Below, piece after piece: positions 10,353 through 20,958 of a stretch of DNA of 64,000 bases (the first letter of the stretch is position 1; each line of letters opens with the position of its first letter). The notes beneath the pieces were generated by a model. The model saw nothing but the letters and a program-made list of their open reading frames with translations, was not told the DNA's origin and searched no databases. The stretch spans positions 1-64,000 of the forward strand of contig CAWBZV010000009.1 of the NCBI GenBank assembly GCA_963793305.1, given 5' to 3'. Source of the stretch: an uncultured Gemmatimonadales bacterium (GTDB taxonomy: Bacteria > Gemmatimonadota > Gemmatimonadetes > Gemmatimonadales > Gemmatimonadaceae). The position numbers were made by a program, and so were the translations under genes.

Positions 10353-10765
10353 CGCGGTATTCGGATCGTGAGGTACACCCAATGCACGCGGCCGGGGTCC
10401 TTGAGATATGCCGGCGGCCGAAAGAGCAATCGGTCGACGATCGTGAATATCGCGACGTTGGCGCCCAGCCCGAGCCCGAGGGTCAGCACGACGGCCAGCA
10501 CGAATCCAGGTCGTTTGCGCGCGCCTCGTACGGTGTGCCGCACGTCCTGCGCGAACGCTTCGAGCCATGCGACCCCGCGCGCATCGCGGGTGTCGTCCTT
10601 GATCCGTTCGACTCCACCGAATGCACGACGCGCGCGCAACTCGGCCTCGGCTCGCGTCATCCCTTGGCGAACGTACTTCTCGGTCTCGCGCTCCAGGTGA
10701 AAGCGAACCTCGTCGTCGAGCTCCTGCTCGACTTTGGAACGCCGGAACAACGCGCGAAGCCACAT
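10346..10765 (-). pseudogene. Truncated ADOP-type ABC permease (N-terminal ~140 aa only)
   Basis: ELDDEVRFHLE...ARRAFGG...QDVRHTVRGARKRPGF...LTLGLGLGANVAIFTIVD; homology stops and the frame runs into the TetR antisense strand. Confidence 0.8.
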
Positions 10766-11082
10766 CAGGTCATGTCCAACACGAGCCCGACCGCGGCGGT
10801 GAGCTTCGCCCACGCGTCGACTTCCTCGCCGAGCTGCTTTCGGCCGGCCCGTGTCAGCTCGTAGTACTTCGCGCGCCGATTATTGTCGGACGCGCCCCAG
10901 GTGGCCGCGATCCATTTGCGCCGCTCGAGACGGTGCAGAGCAGGGTACAGCGACCCCTGTGGGATCTCGAGTGTCGCGCGCGAGACGTCGTGAATGCGCT
11001 CGGAGATCGCCCAGCCATGAAGGGGCCCAAGCGACAGCGCCTTGAGGATAAGCAGGTCGAGCGTGCCCTGCGGCAGGTTCAC
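10765..11082 (-). CDS. PadR family regulator (acidobacterial type; start uncertain)
   Basis: QGTLDLLILKAL...HGWAI...QGSLYPALHRLE...NNRRAKYYELT; TGATG coupling to the permease. Confidence 0.93.
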   Translation of the reverse strand: MNLPQGTLDLLILKALSLGPLHGWAISERIHDVSRATLEIPQGSLYPALHRLERRKWIAATWGASDNNRRAKYYELTRAGRKQLGEEVDAWAKLTAAVGLVLDMT

Positions 11083-11122
11083 GCAGGGACGAATGCGCTC
11101 TCTCCTGTAGAAGCGCAAGGGG

Positions 11123-12718
11123 TCAGTAATTCCAGGGCGTTGCGTCGGCTCCTGTCGCCTTAATGCTCGCCGCCATCTTCTGGATCATCTCGGCCCACGT
11201 AAATGAATGCCAGCCATGGCCCTTCTCAGGGCGGCCGTAGGTGAAATCGATCTCAGCACCCTTCCGCTGGAGCAGATCCTCGAAATCGTACACAGCGAGA
11301 TTCAGATAGTAGTTGTCCATGTCGCCCGCGAAGAAATGGAGCTTCCCCGCGAGTTTGGGCCCGAGCGTCGACCAATTGCGCTCGGCGTAGTCGCGCAGAT
11401 CAAAGCCGTGATCGCGCATGTACGCCGCCACCGTACGGTCGATCGTGCCGGTACGCTTGTTCCACAGCGGTATCGGATATCCATCGGGGCCGACGGGTCC
11501 ATACACCGCTTCCCAGGCCTCGAGCTGATAGCTCGAACGGCCGTGGCTCCCGAGGACATCCTCGAATCGGCTCAGATCTCGCGCGGTCCACAGGACCTGG
11601 CCGGCCACCGTGCGCTGAAACGGTCGCTCGGCGATCGTGAATTGGCCGGACCGAACCACGAAGGCGTTCGTGTCATCGTAGATGTTCGTTTGCTGATAGT
11701 GCCGGAAGTCGATCGGGTCCGGTTGGAGCACCCATGCCCCGCCGATCGCGTCCGGATGTTGCAGCGCGAGCGCGAGCGTCTGCCACCCGCTGGTCGACGC
11801 TCCCTCGATCTGTCGTCCATACGGTTGCCGAACAATGCGAAAGTGCTCTTCGAGGTATGGCATGACCTCATTGATGATCGCGTCGCCGTACGGACCGTTG
11901 TTGGCCGAGTTCACCGAGTAGGAATCGGGGAAGTACGGCGTCTGTTGTTCCAGCGATATCGCGATAACACGCGGGAAGGCATCGGCAGTCCACGCCTTAT
12001 AGAAGTCGTATCCACTCTCGAGACCCGATGTCTTTCCTATCGTCGCGCCGCGGCGAACCTCTGTCGGGCCGCGCTCTTTGTCCGTCGAATCCGTCTTGAA
12101 GCCGAAGGGCTCTGTCCCATGGCCGAGAGAGTACACGCTCGGATAGTGGGCGTCCGGATGCTCGGCGTAGCCTTTCGGCAGGAGAACGGTGGCGTTGATA
12201 TACACAGGGCGCCCCCAGAACTTCGTGAGCATTGCGCTCTGGATGCGGACGTGTTTGAGCCAGTCGGTATCAGCCGGGCGGGGCGTTCCAGGCATGACGT
12301 GCGTGACGGTGAGATGGATCGGGCCCCGGCCGACGTGCACGCGTTGGACGTCGCTGTACAGGTTGCCGGCCGCGGTATTGAAAAACTCGACCGTGCCGTC
12401 GTTCATGTGCACCCAGATCGTGTGGCCATCCGAACGGTGCACCTGTTCGTAGATGTTCACGACCGCCTGCGCGTAGTAGTCGCCAGGTGGAAGCGCCGAG
12501 AGCGATGCTGGATAGCTGGCGTTCGTGTCGGTGATGACGGCGGTGGGCCCGGTGATATCGGCGCCGAACACCGCCGGTCCGCGCAGCGAGAGCGCCAAGC
12601 GCGGTTCCGGCGTCGAATCTTTCGCAATGAACACGACGAGGCGTCCCGTCAGCGGTCCCGTGTGCGCAGACGCCGCGACGGTCACTTCTATATGAGAGGG
12701 TGGTGGGACGGCGATCAC
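11123..12718 (-). CDS. Putative esterase (alpha/beta hydrolase fold)
   Basis: SYSVNSANNGPYGDA, GASTSGW, PDPIDF, GDMDNYYL. Confidence 0.8.
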   Translation of the reverse strand: MIAVPPPSHIEVTVAASAHTGPLTGRLVVFIAKDSTPEPRLALSLRGPAVFGADITGPTAVITDTNASYPASLSALPPGDYYAQAVVNIYEQVHRSDGHTIWVHMNDGTVEFFNTAAGNLYSDVQRVHVGRGPIHLTVTHVMPGTPRPADTDWLKHVRIQSAMLTKFWGRPVYINATVLLPKGYAEHPDAHYPSVYSLGHGTEPFGFKTDSTDKERGPTEVRRGATIGKTSGLESGYDFYKAWTADAFPRVIAISLEQQTPYFPDSYSVNSANNGPYGDAIINEVMPYLEEHFRIVRQPYGRQIEGASTSGWQTLALALQHPDAIGGAWVLQPDPIDFRHYQQTNIYDDTNAFVVRSGQFTIAERPFQRTVAGQVLWTARDLSRFEDVLGSHGRSSYQLEAWEAVYGPVGPDGYPIPLWNKRTGTIDRTVAAYMRDHGFDLRDYAERNWSTLGPKLAGKLHFFAGDMDNYYLNLAVYDFEDLLQRKGAEIDFTYGRPEKGHGWHSFTWAEMIQKMAASIKATGADATPWNY

Positions 12719-13401
12719 GGCGTCACGCTCTTCGTCACGTGGCCTTCCATATCGAGAAACTGGATGCTCGCGGCGCCGGTCGAGTCGACCGCAAGGCGCA
12801 GGCGCGGGTGCCCCTGCGGATCAGCCAAGCTCACGACGGCACTTTTGCTCGCATCGCGATCGACCGCCACTCGCGTCGCGGCGAGTGGGTGGCCGTTGTT
12901 CTCGGCCCATGCTTTGACGGCCGAGTCCCGGCCGGGGCCGGCGGGCATCGCCCGGAGCGAGTCGCGCTTGGCCAGCATATCGGCGATCGGGATATTGGCT
13001 CGATCCGTGAGAAAGAGGCCCTGGCGCTTCTGCCCATTCTCGTCCGTATAGCGCAGCGTGACGGTCTCGTCTTGCTCATACTGATCGAACGACAGCCCGC
13101 CGTCGGCCGAGTATTTGCCGTCGACCTTGCGGCCGCCGAACGTAAGGCCGCCGTCTTCTTGTCCTTCGTCGTTGAAGAAGATCATCCCGGCGGAATGCGG
13201 GCGACCGGGGTACGGCTTCCCGTGAAAGACCCAACCCGGCGATCGCGCCGCGTCGGAGATGGTCAGGCGCAACTTGCCGTCGGGCTCGACGATGTTGATG
13301 CGCTCGACGGAGATCTCTTGAAAGCGCGTGGGTTCGTTCGCCTTGTGCCAGGCGGCGAAAGCCAGGCCGGCCGTCAGTGCCATCGCGATCTTAGTAATCA
13401 T
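12715..13401 (-). CDS. Hypothetical exported protein
   Basis: Signal-like N-terminus; EISVERINIVEPDGKLRL, FDQYEQD; ATGA coupling to the esterase. Confidence 0.75.
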   Translation of the reverse strand: MITKIAMALTAGLAFAAWHKANEPTRFQEISVERINIVEPDGKLRLTISDAARSPGWVFHGKPYPGRPHSAGMIFFNDEGQEDGGLTFGGRKVDGKYSADGGLSFDQYEQDETVTLRYTDENGQKRQGLFLTDRANIPIADMLAKRDSLRAMPAGPGRDSAVKAWAENNGHPLAATRVAVDRDASKSAVVSLADPQGHPRLRLAVDSTGAASIQFLDMEGHVTKSVTP

Positions 13402-15589
13402 GGGTGTTCTCCAATCGCTCCAGGGGTCGGACCGTGCGCACGCCGGCGCGCGCGGTGGAATCGGCTACTCCTGCTTTGATTGCCGCCAAGGCTGCATCAT
13501 CTGATGGCGGCGTGCCATCGACTCGCCACACGTAGACGTACCGGCCTTCCGGTAGCGCGCGCGTCACCGTCCAACGGTCCCCAGCGCGCGTCGCGGGTAT
13601 TGGGGCCTGTGACATCGTGAGCTCGACCGTCTTCGCTTGCGGCGCGACGAGCGCGAACGTGACGGTCTCGCCCCAATGTGGTTTCAACAGAAACTTGTGG
13701 TCCGGGTCCACGTGCACCCTGGTAATCGCGCCGAGCTCCGACACGTCAGTCGTATCCGCCCGTGTGGTGAGATGCACCGCGCGCCGCTCGACCGCGCCGG
13801 ATGTCGTGAGCTCGATATCGAGCGGCAGATCGAAGACGACGTCGGGCTGTGTCTGCGTGACGATGAGGCGACCGTTCTCGACCTTCGCGTCGACGTCAGG
13901 CACGTACTGACCGGTCAGCCAGGGCATAATGAACGGAGCCATATCGCGCCCGGCGGCATGAGACATGGCAGCGATGAGCTCGGGGTAGCCGTCGGGCCCG
14001 AGGCCGCATCGGCCGATGTACTCGCGCATACTGCGATCGAAGACCGAGTCGCCGAGCACCGCGTTCAACGAGTGAAGGATCCACGAGCCTTTCGTATAGT
14101 GGACGCGGCCGTTGTCGGGGTTCCCGAGGATGCTCTGTTTCCCTTCGAATCGCTTTCCGGCGAAGTACCCAGTGGCGGTTCGTTCCCAGAACGCGCGCTC
14201 GAGATCGGGACCGTACGTCTGCCCGAGCATCGCGGCTTCGGCGTACGTGGCCCAGCCCTCGCGCAAGAAGTTCGAGGCCGGGCCCGATGCATTCATTGTC
14301 CACATGTGCGAGATCTCGTGGGCGTACGCGTACGAAGGCCCGAGGTTCGGGTCATCGAGCAGAATCGCGTGATCGCCGGAGACGGCCGCGTCGTTCATCC
14401 GTACCGCGAAACCGCTCCCGTGCAGCTCGCGGTCTTCGATGGCGGCCTGGTAGTGCGGCGGGTTTGGCGGCTCGCCGAACCGGCTCCGCAGGTAGGCGTA
14501 CTCTCGGCCGGCAATGTCGGCCAGCGTGTCGATCGAGTACGCGAAGGCCGGCGTGAGGAACGTTTCGAACGTGAGATCGCCGACGGTCTTCGTGGCCGGG
14601 TGCCAGTCGCGGTCGTAGATCAGCGCCAACAGGAACTCCGGCCGGATGCTCTGGCCGTGCACAATGCGCATGCCGTTCTCGACACGCACGGTCTGCCGCA
14701 CGGTGGTGGTCAAATAGTACTCGGCTGGTATCGTGGCGGTGACTGATAGCAGCGCCAGGTCATTGCCGCTGTCGTAATTAAAGAACGGGTGCCAGGCGTC
14801 CGTATTGTGCATTGCCCCATGCGCACGGTTTGTATCGCCGCTGTCCGCCGGAATGGTATAGGTCACGACAAGCCGTGAGTGGGTGGCGCGCGGAGCGTGC
14901 ACCCATAACACTCCGCCGCCGAACAGATATTGCGCCGACTGGTTGTCGAGCTCGAGTGACGCGATGCGGGCCGCGTTGTTGAGCCGCACGGCCAGCCCGT
15001 ACGGGCTCCCGACCGCCAGCCCAAGCGTGTCGAGGATCCGACTCTCTTTGCCGGGCACGATAACCACATGTAAGGCCTGTGTCCGGATCTGGTTCAGCGT
15101 ATCGAACGGGATCTGGCGCACGAGCCGCCATGCGTCGCCCGATCGCCGGGCTTCGTACAACCCCGAAAATCGTCGCACGCCATTCGTCTCGTCCCCGCCG
15201 GTCGAGAGCCCATGCCCTTTGCCTTCGTGCACGGTACCCGTGATCAGCACCACGGCCCGGCTCCCGTCGACGGCCAACACGCGCCCGAGTCCCGGCTCGC
15301 GCGTGCTGTGGCCATCGACCGCGCGGTGGACGATCATGCGTCCCACCGGGTCCGGGTACACGCTGTCAAATGCCTCGGCGCTCCCCGTCGCGAAACGGGT
15401 CAACACGAGATGGGTGAGGGAATCAGGTGTCGGCGCACCTACGGTCGCGCTATCGGCGCTTCGCGCTCGATAGCGACAAAAGGCGTCCGCACGCGTGAGA
15501 TCGGCGTGAAAGGGCGCCTTCCACCCCCCATCGCTCTCCGCGCGCAGCGCGTGAGAGCAACCAATCGAGAAGGCGAGGATCCAGAGCAT
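13391..15589 (-). CDS. Secreted M1-like (gluzincin) metallopeptidase with C-terminal CBM48/AMPK-like domain
   Basis: AHEISH...FLREGWATY, YTKGSWIL; C-terminal APQAKTVEL...WTVTRALPEGRYVYVWRVDG. Confidence 0.8.
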   Translation of the reverse strand: MLWILAFSIGCSHALRAESDGGWKAPFHADLTRADAFCRYRARSADSATVGAPTPDSLTHLVLTRFATGSAEAFDSVYPDPVGRMIVHRAVDGHSTREPGLGRVLAVDGSRAVVLITGTVHEGKGHGLSTGGDETNGVRRFSGLYEARRSGDAWRLVRQIPFDTLNQIRTQALHVVIVPGKESRILDTLGLAVGSPYGLAVRLNNAARIASLELDNQSAQYLFGGGVLWVHAPRATHSRLVVTYTIPADSGDTNRAHGAMHNTDAWHPFFNYDSGNDLALLSVTATIPAEYYLTTTVRQTVRVENGMRIVHGQSIRPEFLLALIYDRDWHPATKTVGDLTFETFLTPAFAYSIDTLADIAGREYAYLRSRFGEPPNPPHYQAAIEDRELHGSGFAVRMNDAAVSGDHAILLDDPNLGPSYAYAHEISHMWTMNASGPASNFLREGWATYAEAAMLGQTYGPDLERAFWERTATGYFAGKRFEGKQSILGNPDNGRVHYTKGSWILHSLNAVLGDSVFDRSMREYIGRCGLGPDGYPELIAAMSHAAGRDMAPFIMPWLTGQYVPDVDAKVENGRLIVTQTQPDVVFDLPLDIELTTSGAVERRAVHLTTRADTTDVSELGAITRVHVDPDHKFLLKPHWGETVTFALVAPQAKTVELTMSQAPIPATRAGDRWTVTRALPEGRYVYVWRVDGTPPSDDAALAAIKAGVADSTARAGVRTVRPLERLENTHDY

Positions 15590-15631
15590 CAGAGAGTTCC
15601 GTCTGGCGGAATAATTCCTTCATTATTATCA

Positions 15632-15664
15632 TTTGTCCGGACGAAAGCAATTTGTACGTACCAA
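15632..15664. promoter_or_regulatory. Two GntR/HutC-type operators upstream of SusC
   Basis: TTTGTCCGGACGAA (15632-45) and TTTGTACGTACCAA (15651-64); match 27432-27471. Confidence 0.7.
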
Positions 15665-15686
15665 TCGGGCAGCGAGGAAACGAACC

Positions 15687-18600
15687 ATGAGACTCCGTGC
15701 CGCGTTCGCGCTGGTGTTGCTCGTGCCCGGGATGCTCGCCGGCCAACCTGGCACCGTCACTGGCCGCGTGACCGACGCACGCTCCGGTGATCCAATCGCC
15801 TCGGCGGCCGTGCACGTCGAAGGCACGGCGCTCGTCGTCGAGACCGGCCGGGACGGCCGCTACCGGCTGACGCGCGTGCCGACCGGACAACAGGTGATCA
15901 CGGCGCGCGGCATCGGCTACAAGATGGGTGGGCAAACGGTCACGGTGACGGCAAGCAGCGAGGTGACGGCCGACTTCGTGCTCGTGTACTCGCCCGCCAA
16001 CCTCCAGCAGATCGTCGTCACCGGCACCGCCGGCGACCAAACGCGCGCCGCGCAGGGCGCGGTTATCGCCAGCATCCCGACCGATTCGCTGACCGCCAAA
16101 GCGCCGGTGCAGTCTCTGACCGAAGTGCTGGAGGGCCGAGTCTCCAGCGTCAATGTGCAGGAGGCGTCGGGGACGACCGGCACCGCGCCGCGTATCACCA
16201 TCCGCGGCCCGGCATCGATCTCCCTGTCCGACGCGCCGATCGTGTTCATCGACGGCGTCCGCATGGAGAGCAACCAACGCCAGGACATTGGCCAGCAGGG
16301 TGGCCTCGAAGCGCTCGGCGGCCAAGCCGTGACGGCGCTCAACGATATCTCACCCGAGGACATCGAGAGCATCGAGATCGTCAAAGGTCCCGCCGCGGCG
16401 ACATTGTACGGAGCCGATGCCTCGGCGGGCGTCATTCAGATCATCACCAAGAAAGGCCGGCTCGGCCAGCACCCGTTTCGGCAGAGCGTGAACGCCGAAT
16501 GGGACCAGGTCCAGCCCAACTTCACGCCGTACGCCGTCTACGGCACGTGCAACGCCGCGTTCGTCGGGGCCGGCGGCCCGGCGCTGTGCCAAGGCAAGAC
16601 GGCCGGCGCCGTCATCTCGTACAACCCGCTCGTCGAGAACAACGTCTTCCGCGACGGCAACCTGGGCCAGTTGGCGTGGAGCGGCCAGGGGGGCACGGAC
16701 AACTTCGGCTATTACCTGTCGGCGACGGCGAACAACGAGCAGGGCACGACGCCCAACAACTACCTCCGCCGGCGGACCGCCCGCGGCAACATGCACTGGG
16801 TGATCTTCCCACAGCTGTCCGTCGACGCCACCGCCACCGTGGGGTTGAACGACACCAGAGTGCCACAGGGCGACGATTCGCAGTATGGGTATCTCGCGGA
16901 CGCCGAGTTCCTCACGAGTCCGTTCCTCGCGACCCTCGGGCCGAACCACCAGCCAACCGGCGGCCTGACGTTTCCGCTCGCGGGGTTGGAGGCGGTCAAC
17001 GACGACATCAGAACGATCCGGACCACGCCGACGTTGCAGGTCCAGTACGTACCGTTCCCGTGGTTCAACAACCGGCTGACGGTCGGCGCCGATCTGTCAT
17101 CCACGCACGGGGTGACGTTCTTCCCGCCGAACGACCAGGGATGGTATTCCGGCCAGCAGGCCACCGGCTACATCGAGGATGCCCAGGAACCCATCAACGT
17201 CTATACCATCGACTACCTCGGCAACATTCACACGACGTTCGGCAAGGACGGCTGGATCGCCTCGAATACCTCGTTCGGCAGCCAGTACATCGATCGGGTC
17301 GACAATTACCTCGTCGGAGTCGGCATCGGATTGTCGACGGCCAGCTCCAATCTCGTCTCCTCGGCGGCGTCCACCTCCTCGTTCCAGAATTTCGTGGAGT
17401 CCAAGTCGCTGGGTTTCCTGGCGCAGGAAGAGATCGGCCTCTCGCAGGTGCTGTTCGTCCAGGGCGGTTTCCGCGTCGACCAGAACTCATCGTTCGGTAC
17501 CGCATACGGCGCATTCTTCCTGCCCAAGGTGAGCGGATCGTTCGTGCTGTCGCAGGCGCCCTTCTGGACCTCCATCGCGCCCGTGGTCTCGACGATGCGC
17601 CTGCGTGCCGCGTACGGAGAAACTGGCCGTTCGCCGCAGCCGGGTGCGTCACTCACCACGTACGCGCCGGCCCCGTACATCACGTCCACCGGCTCGACAT
17701 CTCCGGGCTTCGACCTGGGCAGCCCGGGCAATCCCAACCTCAAGCCCGAGCATGGGACGGAATTCGAGGCGGGTATCGACGGTGGGTTTTTCAAGGATCG
17801 CTTCGGCTTCGAGCTCACGTACTTCAACAAGCACACGAACAATCTCCTGCTGCAGAACCCGATCGCTCCCTCCCTCGCTTACAGCATCAACCCTTACGTG
17901 AACGCCGGCGCGGTCGACAACAGCGGACTCGAATTCACCGTCCGCGCCACGCCCGTGGACCAGCGGAACGTGCAGTGGGACGCGGCGTTTACCGGCAACA
18001 CGCTCCGCAACAATCTGGAGAGCTTGGGCGGCCTCACGATCACACAGCAGGCGCTCCTCACGCAGGATATCACGCAGCAGTATACGATCGGCAAGCCGCT
18101 GGCCTCGATCTTCTCCAGCAAGATCCTCAGCACCACCCCGGGCTATGCGTTGGTCACGAACTCGCCGGTCTACGATGGGCCGCAGTTCCCGACCTTCCAG
18201 GGGAACGTCAACACCACGATCACGCTGTTCAAGACCCTGCGTCTCTACGGCAATCTGACCACGCAACGCGGCGGGAAGATCCTGAACGTCACGCAGTGGA
18301 TTCAGGACCTGGTCGGCGTCAGCCGGCAGGTGAACGTGCCGGCGAGTCAGGGCGGATACACCCACGCCGACTCGCTGCGGCGGTTCGGACCATACAAAAC
18401 CGTGTCGGGTCAGACCGTCGGCGGCGTCGAAGACGCCTACGTGCAGCGCACCGATTTCACCCGGCTCGAGGAGCTCTCGGCCACGCTGTTGCTGCCGCCC
18501 AGCCTCGCGCGGTTCGTGCACGGCGCGACCGCGTCACTCACGTTCGGCGGCCGCAACCTCTGGCTCTCGAAAGCGAGCGACTTCCAAGGGTGGGATCCGG

Positions 18601-18731
18601 GGGTGACCGCGCGCAACGCGCCGCTGGGGGTGGCCACGCAGACCAGCGCGCTCAATCAGAATACCAATTACGAGGAGTTCACCGTCCCACAACCGCGGCG
18701 GCTGTTCGCCCGCCTCAACGTCACCTTCTGA
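15687..18731 (+). CDS. SusC/RagA family TonB-dependent outer membrane transporter
   Basis: Carboxypeptidase-regulatory N-domain, QIVVTG, ISPEDIESIEIVKGPAAATLYGADASAGVIQIITK, GNPNLKPE, C-terminal F. Confidence 0.95.
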   Translation: MRLRAAFALVLLVPGMLAGQPGTVTGRVTDARSGDPIASAAVHVEGTALVVETGRDGRYRLTRVPTGQQVITARGIGYKMGGQTVTVTASSEVTADFVLVYSPANLQQIVVTGTAGDQTRAAQGAVIASIPTDSLTAKAPVQSLTEVLEGRVSSVNVQEASGTTGTAPRITIRGPASISLSDAPIVFIDGVRMESNQRQDIGQQGGLEALGGQAVTALNDISPEDIESIEIVKGPAAATLYGADASAGVIQIITKKGRLGQHPFRQSVNAEWDQVQPNFTPYAVYGTCNAAFVGAGGPALCQGKTAGAVISYNPLVENNVFRDGNLGQLAWSGQGGTDNFGYYLSATANNEQGTTPNNYLRRRTARGNMHWVIFPQLSVDATATVGLNDTRVPQGDDSQYGYLADAEFLTSPFLATLGPNHQPTGGLTFPLAGLEAVNDDIRTIRTTPTLQVQYVPFPWFNNRLTVGADLSSTHGVTFFPPNDQGWYSGQQATGYIEDAQEPINVYTIDYLGNIHTTFGKDGWIASNTSFGSQYIDRVDNYLVGVGIGLSTASSNLVSSAASTSSFQNFVESKSLGFLAQEEIGLSQVLFVQGGFRVDQNSSFGTAYGAFFLPKVSGSFVLSQAPFWTSIAPVVSTMRLRAAYGETGRSPQPGASLTTYAPAPYITSTGSTSPGFDLGSPGNPNLKPEHGTEFEAGIDGGFFKDRFGFELTYFNKHTNNLLLQNPIAPSLAYSINPYVNAGAVDNSGLEFTVRATPVDQRNVQWDAAFTGNTLRNNLESLGGLTITQQALLTQDITQQYTIGKPLASIFSSKILSTTPGYALVTNSPVYDGPQFPTFQGNVNTTITLFKTLRLYGNLTTQRGGKILNVTQWIQDLVGVSRQVNVPASQGGYTHADSLRRFGPYKTVSGQTVGGVEDAYVQRTDFTRLEELSATLLLPPSLARFVHGATASLTFGGRNLWLSKASDFQGWDPGVTARNAPLGVATQTSALNQNTNYEEFTVPQPRRLFARLNVTF

Positions 18732-18743
18732 GGGACCAGAGCC

Positions 18744-19970
18744 ATGCGCATGCATTTGGCGATCTCGCTCGCGTCCCTGGCGCTCATGGGATGCGATCTC
18801 AATGTCTCGAACCCGTCCGTCATCGACGCGTCGACCTTCAACCCGAATACCGACGGGTTCACGCTCTCCATGTCGGCGCAGACGAATCTCTTTCAGGGGT
18901 TCCAGGCCGCCGCCCTGAACGGAGGGCTCATCGCCGACGAGCTGTGGACCGGAGCGATCCACCCGCAAACGCTTCACGTCAACAGCCGCAACTTCGTCGG
19001 CACCGACGACATCAATGTCAGCATCTTCGCTACGATGAGCCTGGCGCTCGCGAACAACGTCAACGCCGTGCGGGCGCTGGCCGCCGGCAGCGGCGCGGCG
19101 AGCGACTCGAATTACGCCCGCGTGTCAATGAACGCCGGCTATGCGTTCGAGCTCATGGCCGAGATCATGTGCGCGAGTGACGTGCAGAAAGGGCCGAAGC
19201 TCACCGATACGCAGCTCCTCGACTCGGCGGTCACGCACTTTACGAAAGCGATCACCGTCGGCACCGCAGCCGGGAACACGGCGATCGTCGCGGAATCCCA
19301 AGTGGGATTGGCGCGCACGTACCTGCAGCTGGGCAGCTACGCGAACGCATCATCAACCGCCGGCCAGGTGCCGGCAGGGTTCGTCGCCTACGAGATCAAC
19401 AGCGCCAATGCGGCGTACGTTGGCACGCTGAGCAACATCATGTTCACGACGCAGAGCATTGGCCAGCTGGTCGTGCCGGCATTGTACCGCCATCTCAACG
19501 ACCCGCGCGTCCCCTCGGACAGTAATGGCGCCATCGGGTGTCCCACGACGAGCGGGGTCGCGTGCGTGGTCCAGGCGAAATACAACAGCTACGGCGATCC
19601 TATTCGTCTCGCCTCGGGTCTCGAGGCGCAGTTCATCGCGGCCGAGGCGCAGCTGCACGGCAGCGGCACGACGGGGCCCGCTTTGACCCTGATCGCGAGC
19701 GAGCGGATGGCGGGCAGCCAGCCGCCCTACAGCGGCGCCACGGATACGCTGTCCGTGTTGACGGAGCTGCTCAACCAGCGGGCGCGCGAGTTTTGGATGG
19801 AGGGCAAGAAGCTCGGCGATATCCGCCGCAATCCATCGGTCTCGCTCTCGGCGATTCTGTCGGATCCAGTCGGCGCGCCATTTTTTGGTCCGACCGGCGG
19901 GACGTTCGGGAACGACTTCTGCGCGCCGATTCCCCCGGAGGAAATCAACGCGAACCCCAACCTACAGTGA
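18744..19970 (+). CDS. SusD/RagB family lipoprotein
   Basis: Lipobox LMGC; QRAREFWMEGKKLGDIRR; PIPPEEINANPN. Confidence 0.92.
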   Translation: MRMHLAISLASLALMGCDLNVSNPSVIDASTFNPNTDGFTLSMSAQTNLFQGFQAAALNGGLIADELWTGAIHPQTLHVNSRNFVGTDDINVSIFATMSLALANNVNAVRALAAGSGAASDSNYARVSMNAGYAFELMAEIMCASDVQKGPKLTDTQLLDSAVTHFTKAITVGTAAGNTAIVAESQVGLARTYLQLGSYANASSTAGQVPAGFVAYEINSANAAYVGTLSNIMFTTQSIGQLVVPALYRHLNDPRVPSDSNGAIGCPTTSGVACVVQAKYNSYGDPIRLASGLEAQFIAAEAQLHGSGTTGPALTLIASERMAGSQPPYSGATDTLSVLTELLNQRAREFWMEGKKLGDIRRNPSVSLSAILSDPVGAPFFGPTGGTFGNDFCAPIPPEEINANPNLQ

Positions 19971-20958
19971 CCCGCCGCTCCAGCCAGCGCCCGTAGCGCA
20001 CGATCGCGCCGCTGCCGACGAAGTAGAGGAGGCCGACGAAGAGATAGGCCTCGGTCGAAAATCCGAGCCACTGAGGGTCCTGGGTGGCAAGGCGCGCGGT
20101 ATTGAGGAGATCGAAGAGTCCGATGATCACGATCAGGCTCGTGTCCTGGAAGAAGCCGGCGGCGATGGACACGAACGATGGCACGACGATCCGGAGCGCC
20201 TCGGGGAGGATCACGAGGCGCATCGCCTGACCCCAGGGGAGACCCAACGCGAGCGCGGCTTCGAGTCGTGGCTTGGGCACCATCTGCAGCCCCGAGCGCA
20301 CCGCCTCAGCCAAATACGCCGCCGCAAATAGCGCGATGGCCGCCTGCGCGAGCAGCAGCTTGTCGACCTGAATGCCCGTCGGCAGAGCGAGCGGTAGTAT
20401 GAGTACGGCGAGATACAGCACCGCGACGAGCGGAATCCCGCGCACGACTTCGACGATGCCGGTCGCGACGCCGCGCACGGCTGGTCGTCTCGACCTGCGC
20501 CCGAGCGCGAGGAGAATCGCGATCGGAAACCCCAGCCCGAGCCCGATCGCTGTGAGCATGATCGTGATCGGCAACCCACCCCATTCTTGTGTGGATGCGG
20601 CCGACATGAGCCAGTAGGCCAAGCCGAGCCCTATAGCCCACGCGAGCATCAACGTCCGCCGCCAGAATCGCGGCGTCAGGGTCACGACCACGAGCGCGAG
20701 CAGCACGATCATGGCGGCGCCTGCTCTCCACCGCTCGTTCGTCGGATACAAGCCAAAGACGATGAACCACAGCTTGTGCCCGATGAACGCCCAACACGCG
20801 CCGTGTCCCGCGCGGCAATCGACCGACGTTCCCGTCCAGGTCGCATCAATAAGCGCCCAGCGTACAAATGGGATCGCCAGCGCCAGCAGCGCCGTGACGC
20901 TCACCAGTGTGAGCGCGCCATTGAGCGGCGTCGCGAAGCTACGCCGTAATGCGCGCAT
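19945..20958 (-). CDS. Amino-acid ABC transporter permease (AapM-like)
   Basis: GACWAFI, WGGLPIT, VRGIPL, AYLAEAVRSGLQ, FQDTSL. Confidence 0.9.
   Translation of the reverse strand: MRALRRSFATPLNGALTLVSVTALLALAIPFVRWALIDATWTGTSVDCRAGHGACWAFIGHKLWFIVFGLYPTNERWRAGAAMIVLLALVVVTLTPRFWRRTLMLAWAIGLGLAYWLMSAASTQEWGGLPITIMLTAIGLGLGFPIAILLALGRRSRRPAVRGVATGIVEVVRGIPLVAVLYLAVLILPLALPTGIQVDKLLLAQAAIALFAAAYLAEAVRSGLQMVPKPRLEAALALGLPWGQAMRLVILPEALRIVVPSFVSIAAGFFQDTSLIVIIGLFDLLNTARLATQDPQWLGFSTEAYLFVGLLYFVGSGAIVRYGRWLERRVTVGWGSR

Noticed and set aside
16499..19180. Long alternative-frame and antisense ORFs (e.g. 893 aa here, 11207-13051, 30271-32079)
   Set aside because: Arg/Gly/Pro-rich shadow ORFs expected from high-GC codon bias over real genes
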